From the NCBI GenBank assembly GCA_000320545.1, contig ADNK01002212.1, positions 1 to 39,859 of the forward strand: 39,859 nt of DNA. Reading direction: 5' to 3'. A program made the translations under genes and the position numbers. This document shows, one piece after another, positions 28,674 through 39,859 of the stretch. Under the pieces are notes generated by a model that did no database searches, was not told the origin of the DNA, and was given only the letters and a program-made list of their open reading frames with translations. The stretch comes from Bigelowiella natans CCMP2755. Lineage: Eukaryota; Protista; Cercozoa. Within the stretch, counting starts at the first letter, position 1. Each line of letters opens with the position of its first letter.

Positions 28674-29953
28674 TGTTGTCTTTTCCTAACAACATTAATT
28701 TATGGTAAGCTAACAAGAATTTTTTCATTTCACAGAGTAACTATTTACGACGAGGCATGCATGGGGACAAGGGAGAGGAGGGCAACCAAGCAGAAAGTGA
28801 GGTAGGTGACTTGCCGATAAAGCAGAGAATGCGTAAACGGAGAAGCCCGTTTCGACCCGGATTAGGCTCAAGTTCGAGGTAGCTTGCAAAAATCCATTGG
28901 ATTTAGATCATTTGACCACGATCTCGGAGTGCGTGACACGTCTACGGCTAGAACTAGCCACGACGACACCTGACTGGGGAAAAATTAATTTCGATGCGAA
29001 TGCAAATTATACGAAAGAAAATTGGCCTGGTATTTAGAATGTTTAGTACTCTTTCCCTTGTCGTATTCGAACTTAGCAAAGAATATTACCTGTATGTCAC
29101 ACATCCAGAAATGATGTACATCTTAAAAGGAGGTTCATCGCCAACCAGACTTGAGAAGAGGAAATTAATCTAATATTATTTTGTAAGACATGGGATTTGT
29201 CATGCAGATATGTCATATCACGAGAATATTGCATAACTCAGCGGTGAGAATTCCATATTTGTGATCGTTAGAATCTGATCTGCCCGTGCCATAGAGGCTC
29301 AAATAGGGCCCGTCGGCAACAATTTCTTTTTCAGAACTTGATGTCTTCCCAAAATATTCTAGATGTATAGAATAGATGATAACTCTTTAAGACGACAAAA
29401 ATAATGACGAAATAAAAAGCAAAACTGCCAAATTTTCACGAGAATAGCCTTTTACTTAGATTGTGATAAAAAAATATATTGCGACTTAGTAAATTATATG
29501 TCGGATAATAGAATTGTATTACATTCATTTGTAAAGCATTTCTTTGGTCTTCCGCTGGCATCTCAGTGAACGAAAAGGGGTGAGAACTTGGGCTGACGAT
29601 CAGATAAATTCTTTGTCGTCTTTCATATTACGAAGAGATTCGAAAAGAGGGATCCCAAAGAGCAGAAGCGGCGCATTATTTCAACCATTCCTTTGTAAGA
29701 TTTAATTTCTTACCTGCCCTTAATTGTCGTAATGTAGAAATGAAGCCATCTTTCACGTTAATACTTTTTCCATTGAAAATAGATTGTCGTACATGTGAAA
29801 TAATCATAATTTCACATCGAAAATTACATCTCCCGAAAATATTTTTCGGCTGATATTCGGAATCTAAAATCATCTGCGTGCTGCATACCCCAGTACGTAC
29901 TCCGGACGACGACCTTTTGTGCTTTGGTGCTGTAGTGCCTTCCTATTGAAACT

Positions 29954-32648
29954 ATGCTTGTAAAAGATATCCTCTATAGCGCTCTCTTGAGGTATGAAAA
30001 CTTAAACAGTTACATCATTTTGTCCCCCTGCTTTGATTGAGCGCACGGCCCCTAAACGATCTCGCGCTTCCTCCCATCAGCTGTTTGACCATCGTCGGCG
30101 AGTTGATTTTCCTCCTGGTGAACCCATTCCTTCTTCTGAAGAAGAGTTTGACAGCTAAGAAAAAAAGGTAGTATCGCACGGGCAATGCCTTGTCCATGCA
30201 GAAGATCATTGATGACTGGCCCTCTTGTGTCATTGATTTGTAGCTACACCTCCATCTTGATCACTGGGGCGAGTCAAGGCATTGGAGCTGAGCTGGCAAA
30301 GCTTTACGCTAAACCCGGGGTATAAAATTCATCGTAACTACCATAGCATAGTTTAATCACTATGTAGACTCAACGTATATAGCTAACTACTGTGGGGTCA
30401 TCGTCGTCAAAAGTCTGGTAGCGATCATCGTGCAAGTACTTCTAGGAATAGTACGTTATAGTAGCATAATTGTTCCATAAATGCAAGCCATTCTTCAGTA
30501 GTATGATGCGCAATTGAATCATGCTATCCCTACTCCATTCCTGAAGGTTCACCTTTATCTTGTTGCTCGAAACGAGGCCAATCTCAAGAAGGTAGCAATC
30601 ACCTGCATTTCCTACTGTCACATACTAGTTTGGTAATCTGATATGTTTATTTGTGATGATTTTCCGACTACCTGTAATGAAAGGTGAAGGCACAGTGTTC
30701 CAAAGCGTCTAAGGTGACGATATTCCCAATGAGCGTCGACAATGAAGAGGGCATGCGAAAGGTGATCATTATACCACACGGACCGCCACAGGAGGAAGGG
30801 AGAAAGGGAGGAGGAGGAGGCGGAGGAGGAGGAGAAGGAGGAGGAGAGTTACGGGATGGGGTTGTAATTCTGATGCCTATTCGGATACGAATGCAAACTC
30901 AATCAATGAAACACGAGTGACTGCCTCCTGTAGCATCGGTTAAACTGCTATCAATTTTATTCAGTACCCACTTTCTTAGGCACCAATACAGAATTGTTTC
31001 TCTCTAGTTGCGTTATTTTACTTTTATGTGTCTAAGACTGTGCTGCCATGTATCAGATCATCAACGAAGCAGATTCTGAGAAGGAACTAGATCTTGTCAT
31101 TGCAAACGCAGGTATGCCGCTTGCATAACAAAAAATAGCATCATTTGAGCTACTACTACAACCAATTAATATTATCAATCAACTAAATTCCAGGCATTCC
31201 TGATGGAAAGATCTGGTTTGAACGCCAAGTGCTCGTTGGAAAGGTTGATTTGGGAGGGGGAGAACACGATTAATCCACAATACCAAGACCGTCTTGAGTC
31301 CGGCTGCATATAATGTTATTTACATTTAAAAAGAAAAAGATCATTGTTGCAGCATCATCACATCGCATGTTCCACACCCACATGCACTACTAAGGTGACG
31401 ATGATGATGTTAACGATTCGAATAGGTAACCTATATGGGCGTGATCTACACGGTTGTCCCAGCTCTTGAGAAGATGAGAGAACGAAAGAGAGGACAGGTC
31501 GTCATATCTCGATAGATCAACTAGTAGTAGTAGTAGCAGTAGTAGTAGAAGTTGATGGTGTTGTAGTTGTAGCATCAATTAGAGCATATGGCGTGTAAAT
31601 AGGACCTTTGCATGGTTCTTTCAACATAAACACTACGCTCAATTATGATGATTATGATGATATCTATAACTGCTTTGTCGATGAGTTGTGATTATTCACT
31701 TCTCTTACTGCTCTCCTAACTTTGGCACTACTGTTGGTGGTGATAATCATCATCATCAATCACCGCACGATTGATTCATTCATTCATTGATTCATTGATT
31801 GATGCAGGTTGTGATTATGTCGTCGCTGTCTGCCTACCAGTATGGATGGAGAGATGCTCCTGCTTACGCAGCTGCTAAGGCTGGAATGCTAGCGTGGGGA
31901 AGGAGCCTCAGGGAACGCTTGCTGAAAAGATACAAGATTGGTGTTACAACGATTTGCCCAGGATTCATCTTAACGGACATCGTGGTCAAGGTGCTGATTT
32001 GTGACATATCACTATCTTTCTGTTCTTAGCCGTATCATTATTATCACCTTTTCTTTATTTTGTTTGCACCATCTTATCGTCCCATTCGTGTTTTTGTCTT
32101 CCCCTTCTCCCCCCCCCCTTTCCCCCTCCTTCCACTCCTTCCAAATTTTCCTTTTTTCAGGAGATGAAGAAGAAGGATGTTGACTGGGCTAAGTCTATGG
32201 GCGCTCTCCAGGTGGGAGGAGAGAGGAACTTAATGATTTGAAGATGATGATGATGATGATGATAATAATGACGACGACATTGGATTGTTTGTTTTGCTAC
32301 CGTGAATGATCGATAACACTGGATCTCCTTCTTCTCCTCCTCTTCCTCCTCTTTCTCCTCCTTATCAGCTTGAACCTGCTACGAAGCTCATAAAGAAAGC
32401 CATTGACTACAATGAGGCGGAGTGAGAATAATGATTAGATAACATTGGTGGTGATAATGATAATGATAATGATGATGATGATGATGATGATAATGAGAAT
32501 TTATGATCTTAAGTGCATACAAGGAGATGTATTGTATTACTTATGTGCCATTCTTATTCATAGCTTAACTTCGCAGGTACTGCTTCCCTAAACTGATGGA
32601 GCTCGGAGCAAAGCTGAAAGGGCGATTTCACTATCCTTACTTCGTCAA

Positions 32649-32652
<4 letters not shown>
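29954..32652 (+). CDS. Classical short-chain dehydrogenase/reductase (SDR) with hydrophobic N-terminus
   Basis: 12 in-phase GT-AG exons: 29954-29991, 30081-30167, 30244-30319, 30547-30591, 30684-30761, 31057-31111, 31194-31243, 31426-31497, 31808-31990, 32161-32211, 32369-32421, 32577-32652. Motifs ILITGASQGIG, LVARN, DLVIANAG, IMSS, catalytic YAAAK and ICPGFILT. Confidence 0.95.
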
Positions 32653-32688
<36 letters not shown>

Positions 32689-32939
32689 AACGATTGTTCC
32701 GATATCACTTGCATTTTGTACCACATCTTGCGTTTATCATATTCAAACGCAGCAATAGCAGTGATTATTCGAACAAAATCGTTCTTCGTCGACAAGCACC
32801 AGTTTTGGTAGCAGCTACAACTACTATGTGCTATGTTATACGTTGTGATGTATATTGTATTACGCATATATAATATTTATGTATGACACATGTACATGAC
32901 GAGTGTACGATGGCCGCTTAATTATTTGATATTTGCAGC

Positions 32940-33600
32940 ATTAGTTGCAACTCTGAATGTTTATAGGTTTAGCGTCATTTAAATTTGTCTTTAGGCTGAC
33001 ATGCATGTTGCGTGGCTCTTACGCTAGCTCTTCTAGACTGTTTATTATTACTGTGGGTGCGCAAGAGTGGCCGACAGCACTAGAGCACACCATCATTCGC
33101 TTCTCATTTGCGGCCGTTTCTGCGCACGTTGGCTACATAGCATGCAGCAACATATGCGTGCTTTGAACGCATGCGTTGCCACAGCTTCAATATACTAGCT
33201 AGTATAGGCCCGACTTTGCTTATGCGCACATCTACTAAACTTCCGCCAACAACAAGAAGGACATGCATGTCCATTGCTAGCTAGAGTACAAAAACATCAA
33301 ACCTGCTGTGCTGACCGAATTCTATGCAAGCAGAGCAAGATGCATGCATGAAGACTTATTGCTTTGCTCTTTTGTCTTAGATCACTGGAGACAGGCTCAA
33401 GCTGTCTAGTGTTGCTACATTGTGAATGCGGTCATAATTCTTGCTTTGTATGCATAGCAGCAGGGTAGCCATGTATGTAGCCGATCTGCTTGTCAACGAA
33501 CAGGAGACACAGTACATCTACGCATCCTACACATGCAGATTTCAACAGGAGTGTAACATGACGCTATAGACACCTAGATATACTCACGATTCATATTTAA
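32940..33600. other. Weaker TpA-depleted, CTAG-enriched intergenic island 6
   Basis: Repeated CTAG (e.g. ctagctag at 33196 and 33277) and GCATGC/TGCATGCATG; residual non-CTAG TA is still present. Confidence 0.55.
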
Positions 33601-33857
33601 TGATCTAAATTTATCATCATTTGTGGAAAAAGTCATCATGCATAGTAGTGGTCGATTCCTGTTGCTTTCATTAAGACACGTAGTGTGTTTCGGCGCCATT
33701 CAACCAGATTTACATCTTTCCCTCCTTATGAATTTACAAAATAGCAAAAATTGAAGTAAACATCTCAATGCTACCATATCACGTGAGACAGATTATGAGT
33801 AAATTGCAATAACGGTATACACATGCACACCAAATCTTCATACAACGCAACTCTCAA

Positions 33858-34033
33858 TTATTTCAGCAACAGTATCGGTTCTTCTGACATGAGGTAACGA
33901 CAACCTGCGAGCGCTCTCAACGATGTTGGTGATCCAGAGAAAAAGCCCCCAGATCTTTTCACCTTGAATTTCTCACGATTCCGTTTGAAGTGCTCGCCAC
34001 TGCATAACCATCCAGGTGGAGGAGGATTATAAT

Positions 34034-34112
<79 letters not shown>

Positions 34113-37100
34113 CATGTCTTCCTATATGTCAGCAAGTAGAGAAAAGGCGCGAATACATCGGCAAAACTACCTAAGTAAGGATTCGTCAAATTCTAGAGTT
34201 CCTGCTTCTGGCGCAAAATGCTGGATCTATTTACACAAGAGGAGGTGCCGGACCAAAAGTAGCAGCAAGCAACAACATTAATACCTTCCTTTCAAATCTG
34301 ATTTTATCATATCAATCGTCACTTTGGGACAGTTGCTACCTGCGAATCACAGATTCGTACGAATGCACTTGAGTAGTTTGGATGTACAGTGACTCCTCCC
34401 TGATCACCAGGTCAATGTTGTTGATGATGATGTTAACGATGTCTGCTGCAGAGGAATATTCAAGAAAGTTTTCCACCTCCCCCCTCATATGGTAGTTCTA
34501 GCAATAGCACCACAATTTTGACACGAATGGCAGTTCTAACCTCTCCCTTTGCTCGCCTTCTCAACACCTATCGAAATCATCACATTGCACCGAAGGTAAA
34601 TGGAAGATAAGATTGATCAACTCATATCAATTCAAATTATTTTGAAGTGAAATAACATATCTAGCAGACTACTATACCTCCTTTCCTTTCGCAACAAGAA
34701 CGTGGCGAATAGCTGCATCGAAGCCTTCTTCCCCTGCGACGAGGAAAGAATCATATTATCATAAGAAACAAACACGGAAGCGCAAGAACCAAAACTCGCC
34801 ATTAATTTCCCCCGGAATGAAACAAATCGCCAGGAAATACGAGTGGATTCTCAAATGAAAATAAAAACGGACGCGTTTAAAGATCACATCGGCTAAGAAA
34901 TTACATGGATAACACATTATTACCAGATATGCTTGCGATTTCGTCTAAAGTCGTTCTATCGACAGCTCCTTCGAACAAAGGGACCTGACAACATGCGAGG
35001 AGGAAGAACGTATATGAATCTCAAGAAGAGATAACGAGTGATGACTGAAATTGGAAGGAGGTAGGTGCCAGGCATCATTGCCATTCTTAACACAATATTG
35101 TCCCTAATACAGATGAATAACGAGGCCCGTTTCATGATCATATGGATGCTATTTCAACAGTATCAGTAGGTAATTTTACCTGGAAGTTTCCCGCAGTTAC
35201 GAATGCAGAGGATGTTTCATTGTTCTTTCCGTCATCCTCCCTATCGTCTGGCAAATTGAACTTAACTTTGCTTTCGCGCAGCAATTCTTCCCTGTTCGTT
35301 AACGAGATATTCAATCAACGAGATCATTGGTAAGTCCACCATAGTCACCACGCATTAGAGACAAAGCTTACACAGTAATATTAGCCGAGAGATAAACAAC
35401 ATCACCACACGCAGAAAGTCAAATTAACAAGAACATGATATCGCTTACGATTGCGCGTCTCTGTCAAATATCGGCAAAACACCTGAGTTAAACATTCCCC
35501 AAAAGTTTCAAATTACGATCCATTTATGGCATTAGCCCAGCTGGAAAAATGCAGCACATGCTTCAGATACAATTAATGTGAAGAACAACAATAACAACAA
35601 CTACTACTACTACTACTACTACTACTATCCATGCTGTGAATCGTTGACCCCATCCTAGAGGCCTCAAACACGCCTCACACGTTTCTTCATCTGCAGACGC
35701 CCCATCTAGAGACTGATCAGCGTATGAATGCAGGATTAGAACAATGATGAGATATAATATAAACCGATTCTCGTCTTCAAACATGTACACACGCATAAAC
35801 GAACACACACACACACACACACACACGCATGAAAGATGGTCCCTATTCTGCACCAGCACCAAGCTTGTGTTGATTATTCGGTTGCATATATTGCCATGTA
35901 GTGGTAAAACTTACATTTGACTTCCTTGTGTCAAGAGCTCGGACGTCAATGACCAGAAGCAGCTCGTTGCTGTGTTCCACTTCCCTGAAGAACAAGCAGC
36001 AGGCACAAAGTGTGATTTTCATATTTTTCTTGAAATTGCCAGGAATGCAACGACGGTGTTTGAAGCAGCAGCAGCAGCAGCCAGCAGCAACAACAGCATC
36101 AGAGAACCAAGACAAAGAGCCTTATTTGGAAAAAGGTAAGAAAGGGAAAGAGAAAAACACCAGCAGTTATATTACTTGAAGCGAAACCATCCTGTCTCAA
36201 AGCGTGGCTTGTTTGTGACGCTGCTCATGTCCCATTTCGTTGTAAACTCGACTATAATTGTCGGTTAGAAGTGACAATTAGAATCCCATTCAAACACCAT
36301 CATAGAGCGATGATTGTTAAAGATCACCACAACATGACATATATCACTAATACAAGCACCTCACCATCTTCTGCTATTCTGAGTGTCGGATCTTCGTTGT
36401 AGAAAGGTGAGGGAGGACTTAAAGAATATATTACAATCGCCAACTGATGGATAGACAAAACAAAAAAACGATCGGAGGAAACATGCTGCTTGTGTAAGTA
36501 TGATATAGAAAGTAGTGGGAGACAAAGACAATGGCCAATTCTATGCTTTATTCGATAACCCTCACTCCTCTTTATTTAATCCCACTTTCACTTTCCATAC
36601 TGAAATTGACCTGGAATCATACTACTACTATTTCTACTACTACTGCTATTAAACACCGACCTCTGAGTTGCGGATATTGAGGTTTTCGAGCCCATCAATG
36701 CTTACCGAAAAGCCTACTTCTGCAATGAATCTGAACATAGCAAACCATGGTAAGATAACGGTGATGCAAACAAACACCTGGGAACAACAATAGCAATAGC
36801 TAAATCATCGTTAAAACAATGTACTACCGTCTCATTCGATAAGGATTGATCATAGGGAAATCACTGTGAAGTCTCCCTGACTCCTTTACAAGGCTCTGAT
36901 GGTATAAAGTTATGATAGCAAACTAGTAAATGGGAGGATGGGGCGCTTTGAAAATTGCAACCACGACAGTAGTCAAAGTATAGCACGCATCAGCATCAAC
37001 AGCAAACAAACCTTCTTAACGAATTTTTGGAAGTATCGTTCATTTTTCTTGGACCCGTTGTCTGGAGATGGAGATAATTCACCCCAAAATTAACCAAGGA

Positions 37101-39700
37101 AAACTAGCTCTACTATTATTATCACTATCACTACTGCAGTGAGCATCATGTCAGCTTCAGATGTTTTCGCGAATTACCCTTTTCATCGTCGTCTCCCATC
37201 TTATCCTGTATCATCGATACAAAAAAAGGCACGGCTTTTTCAGCAGCAGCAGCAGCAAGAAATCACCAACACATCCAATGCCAAGCGTTCGAAACGCACT
37301 ATGTGACAGAACAAAGGGAGGAGGAGGACTATTTGACAACGACGGCAAAACCTCATCGTCGCATTCCTACTACGGACATGTCATATATCTCAACCGGCTG
37401 TTGTTATATATCAACAACAACAACCTCAAACTTGTAGAACCGACTCAGCGCCCTAGCCGTGTCTCTAATCTTAGTTTTCGATCTGGCATAAGAGGCAGAA
37501 ACATCTCAGAATTCTCGCGGTACCAACGGATCCAATGATTGTCCATGGTAAGGAGGTCACTCACAGCTTCTTCGGAATGTTTCCGTAGCAAAGCTGCTCG
37601 TTCTTATCTGGCTTGCAGCGCGTGGAATCGTAAGTCTATAGATAAAATAAAAGGGAGATCGGCGGGGTGGTTGAACATGTACGCCGAGTTTTTACTACTT
37701 GACATGATTTCAAACCACGAATTTGTACAAGCGACGATAGCTCACGACTACTACCTTGGATCCGTAGTTCGGGGCCGGTGTTATCTGAAAGAAAAAGCAA
37801 CACACACAGAAAAAAAAAGAGGAGGAGAAGGCACGGAAAATGTCACATCACGGTGCATGGACAATCGAGTGCTTTAACCATCGTATTGGTGATAGGCGGA
37901 CGTGTAGTGTATCAAACGGCACCAGTGCATCTTTTTGCGAGGGTCTTAGTCGGCTCGAGAATACACTTGCTAGCCCATATCTGTAGTAGTAGAAGTAGTA
38001 GGAGTAGTAGGAGTAGTAGCACACGGAACAACCATTGCTCAAAGCTGTTCATGCAAAACCACGTAAAAACCTGCAGTCAGTGTGCACCAAATAGGTAGCA
38101 TCAGTACATTTCAACGCTCACCCAGTCGGGGACTTCTTCGCCTTTTCTATCCGCATTAGAACTGTCGCGCAGGGAATTCTCTCCAGTTTCTCGTACGCTT
38201 CGATGACAAACTGATGCAAAACAGAACATCTTGGGATATGATGCTTCCGAGTAGATTCCAGACGTAAAAGGGTCATTGATACTACACTACTATGGCACAA
38301 CAGACAAGCGCTGATGGGTTGGTAGTACTCATCACACATATACTCAAACACACACACACATATGTATCATAGTTTAAACACAAACATTATCAAACGTTAT
38401 CCACCGATTTCCTTCGAAAATCAAACGAATTCGTCGTAAGACTCAGAGCATACATCTCTTCATTCACAGCATAATTCCTCAAAATGCTTCTCAAAACGGT
38501 CACCTTCTCATCCTCCTCGGGCCAGGCATAACGAATCGGAAGTTGAAACGCTCCTACAGGTACACGTACCATGTACGCGTAAGTGCAAGAATGGATGCAT
38601 GTTAACGTTCCAACACGTTTCCACCGCGTCCATGAAAAAGACATTTGCTACTTCTGATTCAAGTGAAAGCTTCGGTGTTTTATCTTTCGATTGACACGGG
38701 AAAGTGTATGCAAATTCTGCATCGCTACTAACGCTCAAAACCGTCGCTAAAAACCCGAGACGAATCTACCTTCGTTGAGGCAATATTCACCAATGTTAGG
38801 GTCGGGCGGGCTTTCAAATCTATCGTAGTATAACGAAGACAAATGATGCTATTTACAACACCGAAGATGACTTAAGCTTCCATGATCACAACTCTCCTTA
38901 AACTACTATTGCTACCTGTTCTTCGATTCCGAGGAGTAAAACAAGTTGATAGTAGATACACCAACGTGATGGTACGTGCCTTTCCGGTCCACACAGGCCA
39001 GTATCTGCGTCAGTTTTGGGAAACGATTGATTCAAACAACAACTTTAGAAAGATTGTTTGTTAGTTTATAAGTGGATGTGTCTTTTCAATCCTTTATTCA
39101 TCATTTCTTTATGACAAGTTCCACCCCCACTTACGATGAGGAGGAATGCTGTCGGGTCAAAACGGTCCTCACGATACTCGACTCTGTTGTTATTTGCAAA
39201 CGGATATAGATAGGAAGAGAACACGCGGCCGATGACAAATGAAATATAATCAGACCGGAAAAGGAACGTGCTGTATGCTAAATCCTAATCTGCTAATTGT
39301 TCGCTTTGACGACGACGACGAATACTACCTAAGGTTGAAAGTTGGAGATAAACGGCTCCCGGATAAAGAACACCCGGCCCAATCGGTTGCTGTGACACAA
39401 CATCGAATGTCAAGGAACATGTGTGCATACTCATACGTGTTGTCTATCCGATTAGGCGAGAACGAAACCAAAAGAACCCCGAAACAAAAATCTTTAGCAA
39501 ACCTTTGGAATGGCTCTTTCCCTCGCCGACGTATGGAACTATTACGCTCTGTACAACGTATAATAATACACTAGAATTAAGCGCCATCATTAATTTCATG
39601 GCCCAATTCGTAGACGAAACAGCATTTACATAAACAAGAATGAATTGCGGAAACCTATCACATTGATAATTCTTGATTTTGATGGATAGATAGAGATTCG
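33858..39700 (-). CDS. Large uncharacterised multi-exon gene with C2-like beta-rich segments; limits approximate
   Basis: Minus-strand exons read FIAEVGFSVSIDGLENLNIR (~36660-36733), SPPSPFYNEDP (~36365-36417), FTTKWDMSSVTNKPRFETGWFRFK (~36176-36246), EVEHSNELLLVIDVRALD, LRPLGW, VLPIFDRDAQ, VTAGNFQV, and an earlier VPVGAFQLPIR (~38540). Family assignment is from motif recall only. Confidence 0.55.
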
Positions 39701-39859
39701 GCATATTGAAACTGCTGTATTATTTCAATTATATATGGAAAGGAACATTTACCCCTCCCTCCCTCATGACCACAGCAGATACGCGACTAAGAGAGAAAAA
39801 GAGTTTCACTTTGAAAATGGAATGACAGGACGAAAACACGCATAGGAACAGAAATAGAT

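Noticed and set aside
26943-28689. Plus-strand ORFs 26943-27335, 28100-28339 and 28504-28689
   Set aside because: Antisense shadows of FNR exons.

Overview
Eukaryotic nuclear DNA with many short GT-AG exons and microsatellite-rich introns. The plastid FNR carries a signal peptide plus transit peptide and lacks an ASAFAP motif, which suggests a chlorarachniophyte (Bigelowiella-like) host; this is an inference. Genes assembled by hand: 3' part of an Aa_trans/AVT1-like amino-acid transporter (+), an intronless RING-H2/coiled-coil protein (-), a B12D/NDUFA4-like mitochondrial protein (+), a profilin-like gene (-), plastid ferredoxin-NADP+ reductase (-, 4 exons), a 12-exon SDR oxidoreductase (+), and three weakly resolved hypothetical genes. 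The most striking feature is non-genic. Six intergenic islands (0.7-2.2 kb) are strongly or partly depleted of TpA, including about 745 bp with no TA at all. Surviving TA lies mostly in CTAG/(CTAG)n. The islands contain transposon-like debris. Two copies of a LINE-like 3' end differ only at three TpA/TpG sites. Together this suggests a repeat-targeted TpA->TpG/CpA hypermutation process, opposite in direction to fungal RIP. Every island lies downstream of a gene 3' end and none lies in a head-to-head interval.
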